A stretch of DNA of 64,000 nt from Candidatus Moraniibacteriota bacterium (GCA_041596615.1 JBFHIG010000001.1:5262-69261), one strand, 5' to 3'; shown: positions 46,846-54,758, counted from the stretch's first letter. Numbers and translations: made by a program. The notes: generated from the sequence alone by a model not told the origin.

Positions 46846-46897
46846 CATGGTTGGAGCTTCTGTCTAAAAAACAAAAAATGCCTTTAATCAAAATGAA

Positions 46898-47104
46898 CAA
46901 TAAAAGTTATAAGTTTAAAATAAATTCTTTGTGAGAATTAAAACCTTAACACGAACCAATGAACCAGGCTACCCGCCTGAACCAGTACGGGCAGGCAAGC
47001 CCGCTCCAGCGCGAAGGCACAATAAAGTCTGCAATATGCTAAAATAAAAACAAAGCATTTCCCGGGCAAGTGCTGATAAAAGTTGTAAACTGAAAACAAA
47101 TGAA
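46898..47104. repeat. BIME-like mosaic (degenerate module D, module F, expanded type-A end CCCGCTCCAGCGC, module C, module D)
   Basis: Segment-by-segment identity to 48130..48230, 52054..52132 and 52719..52755 (see findings). Confidence 0.75.
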
Positions 47105-47213
47105 CTAGCAAAAAGAATGGAACAGTTTCTCTCGATAAGCCATGTTGCTCATGAATAACCTTATAAATAAGCAAGAGACAGGCAAGTTAGCACTAACGTA
47201 AATAATAAAAAAA

Positions 47214-47981
47214 ATGCAGGAAAAACAAAAACAAGCAAAAAACATATCCAAACTTTTCAGAGGGGCCAAGATGGTTGTTCTGATTTCATTTATGCTCATT
47301 GTTGCAGCTGGAATAGCTTTATGCTTTTTTGTAGCAAGAGAGACATCTCCGGCCGCTGTCACTAGCCAAATAATTGACCAACAAGAAACGCCAATCGCCC
47401 CAGTTCAAAAAAAAGTCGAAATCTCGTCAACAGTTCTTAATCCAAAGGTTGATGGACTGGAATGGAAAGAAATTACACATGCTAACTTTTGGAAAAATCC
47501 TGAGCTTTTTGCTACTCCAGATTATAAATTTGCGAACATAAAATTCTCCTATCCTTCGAGCTGGAAATTTGATTGTTGTGGTGATACGGATCGGGGCAGT
47601 GCTCATTTTATATTTTCTTCAGAAGAGAAAAAGGGTGATTCGCCATATATTTCAATTATGGACTATAGTTTGAGGGGATGTCCTTCTGGAGAAACAACAT
47701 GTGCCATGGATAAGCAAGTTACAAAGATGCCAAAGGAGAAATACGATGATTTGGTTGAGGCAATTCAAGCTGATGCAAAAGTAAAACCAAAAAAGAGCTT
47801 GAAAGGTTTGGGAGTTGAAGCTTTTAACTATGAATATGCCGATGAAAAAGGAATGAAAACTGATTCTTATATATTTAAAACAGGCGAAGACGTTGTTATA
47901 ATTTCATTTGGTCATTACGATGAATTTGAGTCCGGATTTATAGATGATTTTTTAGGAAAGATAGAAAAGGATATAAACTAA
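47214..47981 (+). CDS. Signal-anchored hypothetical protein
   Basis: 255 aa with an N-terminal TM (MVVLISFMLIVAAGIALCFFV). The outer domain has a Cys pair, FDCCGD. Confidence 0.5.
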   Translation: MQEKQKQAKNISKLFRGAKMVVLISFMLIVAAGIALCFFVARETSPAAVTSQIIDQQETPIAPVQKKVEISSTVLNPKVDGLEWKEITHANFWKNPELFATPDYKFANIKFSYPSSWKFDCCGDTDRGSAHFIFSSEEKKGDSPYISIMDYSLRGCPSGETTCAMDKQVTKMPKEKYDDLVEAIQADAKVKPKKSLKGLGVEAFNYEYADEKGMKTDSYIFKTGEDVVIISFGHYDEFESGFIDDFLGKIEKDIN

Positions 47982-48004
47982 CTTTTTGAAGGAATCACAT
48001 CTTT

Positions 48005-48109
48005 GTGCTGGAGCGGGTTTGCAACCCGGTTCTATACTTCAAAGCAACATTATAATATTTTCACCGCGTCTTAAAACAAAAGGTCCGAGTTGCAAACTCG
48101 GACCAGCGC
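48005..48109. repeat. Two-hairpin REP doublet (type A left end, type B right end)
   Basis: GTGCTGGAGCGGGTTTGCAACCCGGTTC ... GGTCCGAGTTGCAAACTCGGACCAGCGC. The ends are imperfect inverted repeats of each other. Confidence 0.8.
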
Positions 48110-48129
48110 AAAGCCAGACGATTGGTATT

Positions 48130-48230
48130 GGTCAAGTGCAAATGAAAGTTGTAGACTAAAAGTAAATTATTTGTGGGAATAGGAACTTTAACACAAACTA
48201 ATGAACCGGGCTACAAGCCCGCTCCAGCGC
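48130..48230. repeat. Mosaic: module D, module F, type-A REP end
   Basis: GGTCAAGTGCAAATGAAAGTTGTAGACTAAAAGTAAATTATTTGTGGGAAT...AATGAACCGGGCTACAAGCCCGCTCCAGCGC parallels 46898..47012. Confidence 0.75.
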
Positions 48231-48381
48231 GAAAATGGAAAGTCATCTTGGTAGCGTCAGGCTTATTTTTATTATACAGTCCACTATTTTTCCTGGGAGT
48301 AGGTTTAATCTCTTATATGCTTTTGGATTATTGTGACAGCAAAATACGTGAATCGAGGCGTTCTAAAGAAAATATTCTCTA

Positions 48382-48460
48382 GGCAAGTATTGATAAAAGT
48401 TGTAAACTGAAAATAAGTGAATTAATAAGAAGAAGAGCGAGTTGCAAACTTGGACTAGTG
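48382..48460. repeat. Module D plus a degenerate type-B hairpin
   Basis: GGCAAGTATTGATAAAAGTTGTAAACTGAAAA, then GAGCGAGTTGCAAACTTGGACTAGTG (a decayed form of GGTCCGAGTTGCAAACTCGGACCAGCG). Confidence 0.65.
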
Positions 48461-48490
48461 TGGAATTTATTAATAATTATTTAGCTTATT

Positions 48491-49153
48491 ATGTTTATAG
48501 AAGAAATAATCCCTCAGCTTGAACAGGAAATCAAAATTCTTTTTCATGAAGAAAGTAGTGGTCATGACATTCATCATTTGAAGCGTGTTTTGAATATCGC
48601 GTTAACACTTCAAAAAAAGGAAGGAGGAGACAGATTAATTATTGCTGTTTCCGCATTTCTACATGACATCCACAGGATTATTCAAAAGGATACTGGAAAA
48701 TTTTGTTCTCCAAAAGATTCACTGCCAAAAGTCAAAGACATGCTTGATAAAACTGAATTAACTGATGAACAAAAGGAAGGAATTCTTCATTGTATCGAAT
48801 ACCATGAGGAATATAATTTCTCTGATAACGGAAAAACCGTAAATGATATTGAAACTTTAGTTTTACAAGATGCTGACAATCTTGATGCAATTGGAGCAAT
48901 TGGCATCGGAAGAACTTTTTCATTCGGAGGAGCAAATAAATTAGTTATGTGGATTCCAGAGAAACCTTTTAATAGAAAAACCTTTGACGAATCCGAGAAA
49001 GATCCTTCAACGATACATCATTTTTATAGTAAGCTCCTAAAACTAAAGGAAAACATGAACACAGAAACAGCGAAGAAAATGGCTGATGTGAGACATGAAT
49101 TTATGGAATTATTTCTCCAAGAATTCTTTGACGAATGGAACGGCAAAAAATAA
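48491..49153 (+). CDS. HD-domain phosphohydrolase
   Basis: GHDIHHLKRV and AFLHDIHR (H...HD metal site) plus LQDADNLDAIGAIGI. Confidence 0.75.
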   Translation: MFIEEIIPQLEQEIKILFHEESSGHDIHHLKRVLNIALTLQKKEGGDRLIIAVSAFLHDIHRIIQKDTGKFCSPKDSLPKVKDMLDKTELTDEQKEGILHCIEYHEEYNFSDNGKTVNDIETLVLQDADNLDAIGAIGIGRTFSFGGANKLVMWIPEKPFNRKTFDESEKDPSTIHHFYSKLLKLKENMNTETAKKMADVRHEFMELFLQEFFDEWNGKK

Positions 49154-49167
49154 CAGTCTAAATTTTT

Positions 49168-49345
49168 GCGCTGGAGCAACTCAGTTCGCGCTGGAGCGGG
49201 TTTCCAACCCGGTCCTATATTTCAAACCAACATTATAATATTTACACCGTGTCTTAAAATAAACAGTCCGAGTTACCCGCCTTTGCAAGCCATAGCGAGA
49301 CAGGCCCGCCTGAACCAGTACGGGCAGGCAAACTTGGAGCAGTGC
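49168..49345. repeat. BIME-like mosaic in inverted orientation relative to 51960..52176
   Basis: GCGCTGGAGCAACTCAGTTCGCGCTGGAGCGGGTTTCCAACCCGGTCC ... AGTCCGAGTTACCCGCCTTTGCAAGCCATAGCGAGACAGGCCCGCCTGAACCAGTACGGGCAGGCAAACTTGGAGCAGTGC. The second part is nearly the reverse complement of 51960..52040. Confidence 0.8.
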
Positions 49346-49380
49346 AAAAAACAAGTAAATTAACCCCTAGTCTAAAATAA

Positions 49381-49770
49381 ATGAAAACAACTTTGCACCA
49401 CTTCGCTTACAATATAAGACCCAATCAATTAGAGTTGGTTTTGGAATTGTTTGAAATACTTGGTTGTACTATTGCATATAGAGAAGGAAACAGTAGATGG
49501 TGCCAAATTGAACAAAAGCCAATCCCAGTTGATATACAAATTATTGAAACTGAAGATGAAGAAATACCATTGGATATAAAAACCAATACGCACATTGCTT
49601 TTTTATCAGACTCCCCAAAAATGGACATTGATAATATAGAAAAATGGGCAAAGAATAAAGATATTCAAATCGTAAGAGGCGGCTGGTCAGACAAAGAACT
49701 TTGGTTTGACTTACCTAACATATTTACCAACTTTGTCGTTGAGATTATGCATATTTCAATTGTAGAATGA
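49381..49770 (+). CDS. Hypothetical protein, possibly VOC-fold
   Basis: 129 aa. HHFAY near the N-terminus and THIAF mid-protein resemble VOC metal ligand positions. Weak evidence. Confidence 0.35.
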   Translation: MKTTLHHFAYNIRPNQLELVLELFEILGCTIAYREGNSRWCQIEQKPIPVDIQIIETEDEEIPLDIKTNTHIAFLSDSPKMDIDNIEKWAKNKDIQIVRGGWSDKELWFDLPNIFTNFVVEIMHISIVE

Positions 49771-49773
49771 AAA

Positions 49774-50193
49774 ATGATAGCCAAATTAGCCACCAAAAAA
49801 CACGAAGACGAAATAAATATTTTCTTTGAAACTCATTTAAACAAAAACAATGAGGCTATCACCTGTGAAGAATTTTTTTGTCCATTTGGAGTGAAAGCTG
49901 CTATAAAAAGAAAACAGGTAATCATTATTCTAGATGATGACAAAAAAATAGTAGCAGCGACCAGATTCTATCCCAGGAAGAGAGACGGCGTTGTGTCAGT
50001 TTATCAATTTGCTATTGATGAACAAAATAGAGGGGAAAACTTTCTAAAGAAAATGCTATTTGTGACAGGATACAAAAACTTTGAAGTTCTCTGCCCATTG
50101 AATTCAAAATTTAACAATTATTATGAAAAGACTGGTTGGATTTTGAAGACCGAAAATAAAAAATATAATTATTGGAATTTATCTCTAAGCTAG
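49774..50193 (+). CDS. Possible GNAT-family N-acetyltransferase
   Basis: 139 aa. VYQFAIDEQNRGENFLKKML resembles GNAT motif A. Starts 4 nt after the previous stop. Confidence 0.4.
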   Translation: MIAKLATKKHEDEINIFFETHLNKNNEAITCEEFFCPFGVKAAIKRKQVIIILDDDKKIVAATRFYPRKRDGVVSVYQFAIDEQNRGENFLKKMLFVTGYKNFEVLCPLNSKFNNYYEKTGWILKTENKKYNYWNLSLS

Positions 50194-50282
50194 TGATGGT
50201 TTGTTTCCTTGTACTGATTTGAATCTGTGGTCAGGTTTTGTAATTCAAGTCAATATGGGCACAAACAAAGCAGTTATTCTAA

Positions 50283-50320
50283 ATAGATGCATCTATAAAG
50301 TACTCTATAGATGCATCTAA
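50283..50320. promoter_or_regulatory. Second pair of TAGATGCATCTA palindromes
   Basis: AGATGCATCT at 50285..50294 and 50309..50318, centres 24 bp apart, as at 25597..25630. The spacer sequence differs between loci (8/14 identical). Confidence 0.4.
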
Positions 50321-50557
50321 AAACAAAAAGGGAAAAATCACACGAAGGTTGATTAAAAAAGGGGAGTGCAACTTCCTGACAATCTCTTGCAATAAAAAAT
50401 CGGAGTTGGCAGTCTGAATCAACGCTGGTGGATAAACTAGAACCAGAGCGAATCCAAGATATTTTTTTGAGTTCATATTTATTAAAACTTAAATTTTCTG
50501 GTATACTAAAGAAGCGAATCTAGGAACTTTAATTTAAAATAAAATTATTATAACTAC

Positions 50558-51457
50558 ATGAGCAAAAGACTAATCATCATCGCAAGTGGCACAACCATAT
50601 TAATCCTGAGTTTTGTATTATTTTTTATCTTGAAGCCTACTAAACCAGATGATAAAATTTCAGCTATGAATGTCGAAGGAGAGATCTTTCAAGGAAGCGA
50701 CAAAATTTTAGACACAAACACCAAAGAAGAAGTTACCCTGAAAGGTTCTGTCTACGAATATTCATGGATAAAATCATTCGACAACTATGATTATGCACAT
50801 TGTCATACAGGTGGTTATGTTTTCAATAAAGAAAACAGCTCAAATATGTTTGAATACAATATCCAGTTCAAAGATAATGTAAATATCAATGAATACAAAG
50901 ATAAACTGATTACCATAAAAGGCGATGAAGTCATTGAAACAAAAGAAATTGATATGAATTGTGACGAAATAAGTCAAAGACCCGCAGGGGAGTGTGAAAA
51001 GAGCGAAACATCTACTTTTTTGTGTAAGAAAATAATCAACGCCACAATAATTGAAAAGGTAAGTGAAATACACGATAAATTTACTGCTAGTATTTCGCCG
51101 AAACAAGATATACTTCAATATTCAATCGGAGATGAAAACCCTACGCTGAATATCCATGATGATTTGATAATTCAAGACACAAAAACCGGGGAAAAAAAGA
51201 TATTTGATCTATATAAAGATCTTTCTAATGAAAATATAAAAAAATATTTACAAAATATTTTTGTGCCTACGCAATATTCTTTATATACAGAAATAATTAA
51301 GTGGTCAGATGATAAAAAAATGTTATATGGCAGGATAGATTTACTTTCCTCGGCTGATCCACCTATGCAAGCAGAGAGTTCATATTTTAAAATCGATACT
51401 GATGCTTGGGGAATAAGCACATCCCCCTTATCTTTTGCTGAAGTAAATGGTAAATAA
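50558..51457 (+). CDS. Signal-anchored hypothetical protein
   Basis: 299 aa with an N-terminal TM (LIIIASGTTILILSFVLFFIL). No motif. Confidence 0.5.
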   Translation: MSKRLIIIASGTTILILSFVLFFILKPTKPDDKISAMNVEGEIFQGSDKILDTNTKEEVTLKGSVYEYSWIKSFDNYDYAHCHTGGYVFNKENSSNMFEYNIQFKDNVNINEYKDKLITIKGDEVIETKEIDMNCDEISQRPAGECEKSETSTFLCKKIINATIIEKVSEIHDKFTASISPKQDILQYSIGDENPTLNIHDDLIIQDTKTGEKKIFDLYKDLSNENIKKYLQNIFVPTQYSLYTEIIKWSDDKKMLYGRIDLLSSADPPMQAESSYFKIDTDAWGISTSPLSFAEVNGK

Positions 51458-51559
51458 ATCTTTATTTACCAATCCGCTCCAGCCAGAATAGATGTTTTTC
51501 CCGTCGAGGCTACGAAAAAGAAGTTATCATAAAAAACCATAAATATAAAATAAAAAAAT

Positions 51560-51928
51560 ATGCATTATATCGATATCAAAAAAAGATGGGAGAAAGTGAG
51601 GATATTTATTTTAATTTACGCTGTTTTTCCTTCGGTAATAATAATAGCGCTTTCCAAATCCAAATCCATATTCTTGGCTGAAATTTTATTTTTTGTCTTA
51701 ACATTTACTCTGGTTTCAGGCTTACTAGCGTTCTTTTATAAGAAATATGATTTCAATAAAAGAATGATTACTGCAGCAAAAAATGAGGGGATTGAAAATG
51801 TTTATTATGATGATTTGAGGGAAAATTTTGTTGCTAGGTTTATTAAGTGGGTTGTGCTGATTTTATTTTTAGTGCTTGTTTTGAAAGTTATAGAGGGCAT
51901 GATAAAAGGTGAAATAATAATTGGTTAA
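51560..51928 (+). CDS. Small membrane protein (3 TM)
   Basis: 122 aa with three hydrophobic spans. Confidence 0.45.
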   Translation: MHYIDIKKRWEKVRIFILIYAVFPSVIIIALSKSKSIFLAEILFFVLTFTLVSGLLAFFYKKYDFNKRMITAAKNEGIENVYYDDLRENFVARFIKWVVLILFLVLVLKVIEGMIKGEIIIG

Positions 51929-51959
51929 AATTATGGCAAATTCGTTATGATTAAAATAT

Positions 51960-52176
51960 TGCGCTGGTCCGAGTTTGCCTGCCCGCACTGGTTCAGGCGG
52001 GCCTGTCTCGCTATGGCTTGCCAAGGCGGGTAACTCGGACCTTTTATTTTAAAACACAACAAAATCTGCAATATGCTAAAATAAAAGCAAAATATTTTAT
52101 AGGCAAGCGCCAATAAAAGTTGTAAACTAAAAAGAAATTAATAAAAAGATAGACCAGGCCAAAAGCCCGCTCCAGT
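51960..52176. repeat. BIME-like mosaic: expanded type-B hairpin, module C, module D, type-A end
   Basis: GCGCTGGTCCGAGTTT[53-nt insert]TAACTCGGACC, then ...AATCTGCAATATGCTAAAATAAAAGCAAA, GGCAAGCGCCAATAAAAGTTGTAAACTAAAAA, ...GCCCGCTCCAGTAC. Confidence 0.8.
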
Positions 52177-52201
52177 ACAAAAACTTCTTAAAAATATCTA
52201 C

Positions 52202-52666
52202 GTGAACCAAACAAATATAATTAATCTTGTTGCCGATATTGTTGAAAAAGCATGTGAGTTAAAAAACAAATTTACCGACGCTACAAACGCCCCAGTTAAC
52301 TATGCTTGTGTGTTTTGTCAAAACGATGAAGAATACAGAGAATTCAAAAAACTCGCAGGTAAAATTGGCAAAGTCATAGAGAATACACCGTCTGGTCCGC
52401 TTTATCACATCAGGCCGATAGACACTGTTTCCGGTCAGCTTAAACTATTAAAAATAAGACGCCCCGACGAGACCAAGCCGGAACGTGGAGACGCGGACTT
52501 TACGGTTAGCGACTATCAAGGTTTTAAAAATAAATATCTACAGCAAAATAGATTTAAATTGATAACACGGCCAGAATTTGAAATGATTGAACTTATGGAT
52601 CCTGGCTTCAATGTTCGCGTTTATTTTTCTTATCCGCCATTGGATGAACAGCTTGGTATTAGCTGA
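52202..52666 (+). CDS. Hypothetical protein
   Basis: 154 aa with a GTG start. No motif recognised. Confidence 0.45.
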   Translation: MNQTNIINLVADIVEKACELKNKFTDATNAPVNYACVFCQNDEEYREFKKLAGKIGKVIENTPSGPLYHIRPIDTVSGQLKLLKIRRPDETKPERGDADFTVSDYQGFKNKYLQQNRFKLITRPEFEMIELMDPGFNVRVYFSYPPLDEQLGIS

Positions 52667-52678
52667 GCCGATATTTTT

Positions 52679-53338
52679 GCGCTGGTCCGAGTTTGTAACT
52701 CGGACCTTTGTTTCAAGACACAATAGAATCTGCAGTATGCTAAAATAAAAACAAATCATTGATACATACACAAAATGCCTTCCGTAAAGTTTGATAAGAA
52801 AATGTCTTCTGGTAGTTTCTTTATTACGCTGACTGTCAAAAATTGGTATTATATTTTTGATAGACATAATCGTTGGGAGATTATAGCCGATTCTTTGGAA
52901 TATTGTCAAAAGAAAAAAGGATTAAAGCTGTTTGGATTTGTTTTTATGTTGAATCATATTCATTTAGTGATAATGTCTGATGATGCACTAGGATTTGTTC
53001 GAGATTTCAAAAAGTTCACTTCTAAGAAATTGCGTGAAAATATTGAATTGAATGAACCCTCCATTATTGAATTATTTTCGAAAGAAGATGGCTCATACAA
53101 ATTTTGGAAATCTAGCAATATGCCAAAAGTTATTAATTCTGAAAAATTTTTATTACAAAAACTTGACTATATTCACAATAATCCCGTTAGAAAAAGATAT
53201 GTGGGAAAAGCAGAAGATTGGTACTGGTCTAGTGCTAATCCAAATTGTAGATTGAGGGTTGATGCTTTGTGGAATTAGTTTTATTTTTGTTTTCGTTGGA
53301 TTTAAACAAAGGTCCGAGTTACAAACTCGGACCAGCGC
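52679..53338 (+). mobile_element. RAYT unit: REP-associated tyrosine transposase gene flanked by inverted REP hairpins
   Basis: 52679..52706 (GCGCTGGTCCGAGTTTGTAACTCGGACC) is the exact reverse complement of 53311..53338. Each forms a hairpin with a 10-bp stem. Confidence 0.8.
52775..53278 (+). CDS. REP-associated tyrosine transposase (IS200/IS605-type Y1 HUH transposase, RAYT-like)
   Basis: HUH motif in FVFMLNHIHLVIMS. Catalytic-Tyr helix LDYIHNNPVRKRYVGKAEDWYWSS. 167 aa, single gene with no tnpB. Confidence 0.8.
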   Translation: MPSVKFDKKMSSGSFFITLTVKNWYYIFDRHNRWEIIADSLEYCQKKKGLKLFGFVFMLNHIHLVIMSDDALGFVRDFKKFTSKKLRENIELNEPSIIELFSKEDGSYKFWKSSNMPKVINSEKFLLQKLDYIHNNPVRKRYVGKAEDWYWSSANPNCRLRVDALWN

Positions 53339-53354
53339 AGAAGAAAATAAGTCT

Positions 53355-53387
53355 AGTCAAATGAGAGCAAAAATTGTAAACTGAAAG
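53355..53387 (+). repeat. Module D copy just outside the right REP
   Basis: AGTCAAATGAGAGCAAAAATTGTAAACTGAAAG aligns with the module D copies at 47065, 48130, 48382 and 52101. Confidence 0.6.
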
Positions 53388-53440
53388 TAAATTCTCTCAT
53401 CAATTGAATAGCGTTGGAAATAAATTTTAAACTGACCTCT

Positions 53441-53974
53441 ATGAAAATTGGAATAATTTCAGATGTGCACGACAACTTGAGACACTTAAATAAGGCAATC
53501 AATTTTTTCAATAAAGAGAATATTGAGCTTTTGATTCACTGTGGTGATTGGGATATGCCATTTACCATGAGGACATATATACCGCTTGAATGTCCAATCA
53601 AAGGCGTTTTGGGAAACGGAGACCCAGATATCCAAAAATTTAAATATCAACTACAAAACCTAGAGATTTTGAAAGAAGTAAATCTAGATTTAGCGCCTCA
53701 CCTTCAAGATTTTACTATTGATAACGTACGTTTTGGAGTATTTCATGGTGACGATGAGAATCTAAACAAATGTTTGGTAGAATCACAGTTGTTTGATGTT
53801 CTATGTCTTGGGCATACACACAAACCCCTGATTGAAAAAAGTGGCAAAACAACAATTATCAATCCCGGTTCGTTAGTCGGCTATATGTTTGAAACAGGCG
53901 ATGTACCCGTAACCGTTGCCCTGTTTGACACTCAAACAAAGGAAGCAGAAATCATTGATTTGGAAATTGAATAA
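53441..53974 (+). CDS. Metallophosphoesterase, YfcE/MJ0936 family
   Basis: MKIGIISDVHDN, HCGDW, GNGD and GHTHKP motifs. The ATG at 53441 is preferred over the TTG at 53414. Confidence 0.8.
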   Translation: MKIGIISDVHDNLRHLNKAINFFNKENIELLIHCGDWDMPFTMRTYIPLECPIKGVLGNGDPDIQKFKYQLQNLEILKEVNLDLAPHLQDFTIDNVRFGVFHGDDENLNKCLVESQLFDVLCLGHTHKPLIEKSGKTTIINPGSLVGYMFETGDVPVTVALFDTQTKEAEIIDLEIE

Positions 53975-53991
53975 AGTTGAAATTTTTTCAT

Positions 53992-54026
53992 AAATCTGCC
54001 AAACGCAATTTGCATTTGGCAGATTT
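53992..54026 (+). terminator. Cassette-family terminator, copy b
   Basis: AAATCTGCCAAA / TTTGGCAGATTT perfect 12-bp stem with loop CGCAATTTGCA. Confidence 0.6.
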
Positions 54027-54085
54027 ATGTGCAAGGAGAGTTTCAAATAGCGTGTGCTGGAACGGGTTTACTTACAGAGGTTATT

Positions 54086-54193
54086 TTTGTTGACGAATTG
54101 CTTGAGATGTGCCATTTTATGTATGGTATTGTTTCCATAAATAATTAGTAGGATGGCTTGAATCTTCAAGCAAAAAAAACGGGGGAAATTGCA
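54086..54193 (+). promoter_or_regulatory. Promoter plus 5' leader module, copy 2 (more diverged)
   Basis: TTGACG at 54090..54095. Leader hairpin GCTTGA-ATCT-TCAAGC (54156..54171), then AAAAAAAACGGGGGAAATTGCA-ATG. Confidence 0.5.
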
Positions 54194-54553
54194 ATGAGGA
54201 AGTGTAGGAAAACAAGAATAGGGAAGAGAATGTTTTTTCTTTGCAAAACAATTTTGACAATCTTGGTCATTACAGTCATAGCAGGAAGACCTGCTGTAGC
54301 TTATTGTGATGAAGCTGACCAAGCAGAAAAGAAATTTATAGTCTCTTACAGTGCTGAAAAAAGCAGTGATGCCGAAAGTGACCAAGGGAAAATGAAAATA
54401 CCCATGAGCACTCCTGTGCCAGCACAGAGTAGTGAAATATATGCTCTTGAAAGTGAGATTGCTGTCAAAAAGGTTGCTGAAACAAGGGTGAAGGATCTTT
54501 ACCCTGAAAAAGATGGATGGATCAATCAAAAGATTGAGATTAAACCATATTAG
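54194..54553 (+). CDS. Small signal-anchored protein, cassette family member 2
   Basis: MRKCRKTRIGKRMFF...VIAGRPAVAYCDE...DQGKMK...KKVAETRVKDLYPEKDGW...IKPY is paralogous to 54759..55112. The start is set by the conserved Shine-Dalgarno (track start 54158). Confidence 0.6.
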   Translation: MRKCRKTRIGKRMFFLCKTILTILVITVIAGRPAVAYCDEADQAEKKFIVSYSAEKSSDAESDQGKMKIPMSTPVPAQSSEIYALESEIAVKKVAETRVKDLYPEKDGWINQKIEIKPY

Positions 54554-54575
54554 GAAGCAGAAGAATAGTTCTGGG

Positions 54576-54610
54576 AACTCGCTGAATACAAATTGTGTTC
54601 AGTGGGTTTT
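54576..54610 (+). terminator. Cassette-family terminator, copy c
   Basis: CGCTGAATAC / GTGTTCAGTG imperfect stem, loop AAATT, then GGTTTTT. Confidence 0.5.
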
Positions 54611-54645
54611 TACTTTGGGGTCCATGAAAAAGCACATACAAAGTT

Positions 54646-54758
54646 GCTGCCATTGACAAATTGCATAAAATGTGCTATGTTATATGAAGCATCATTTTAT
54701 TGATAGGCAATTAATGAGGTAGCCTGAATTTTCAGGCAAAAAAACGGGGGAATCCGAA
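54646..54758 (+). promoter_or_regulatory. Promoter plus 5' leader module, copy 3
   Basis: TTGACA (54653..54658), 17 bp, extended -10 TGCTATGTT (54673..54681). Leader hairpin GCCTGA-ATTT-TCAGGC (54722..54737), then ACGGGGGAA Shine-Dalgarno. Confidence 0.6.

Noticed and set aside
46535-46900. 121-aa and 75-aa minus-strand ORFs
   Set aside because: They are antisense to the recognisable DUF1059-like frame on the plus strand and run into a REP hairpin. Their composition is not protein-like.
48173-48382. 69-aa GTG-initiated ORF with hydrophobic stretches
   Set aside because: Its first ~20 codons are encoded by repeat modules F/A. It could be a real small membrane protein starting further in, but I cannot support it.
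49166-49363. 65-aa plus-strand ORF (and its twin at 51931..52113 on the minus strand)
   Set aside because: Both lie entirely within inverted copies of the same mosaic repeat and encode the same peptide (QAIARQARLNQ(Y/C)GQAN). This is repeat-derived, not evidence of a gene.
54158-54193. 12-codon N-terminal extension of the cassette-2 protein
   Set aside because: The TTG/ATG at 54158 lies inside the conserved leader hairpin. The conserved Shine-Dalgarno and the paralog alignment support the ATG at 54194.
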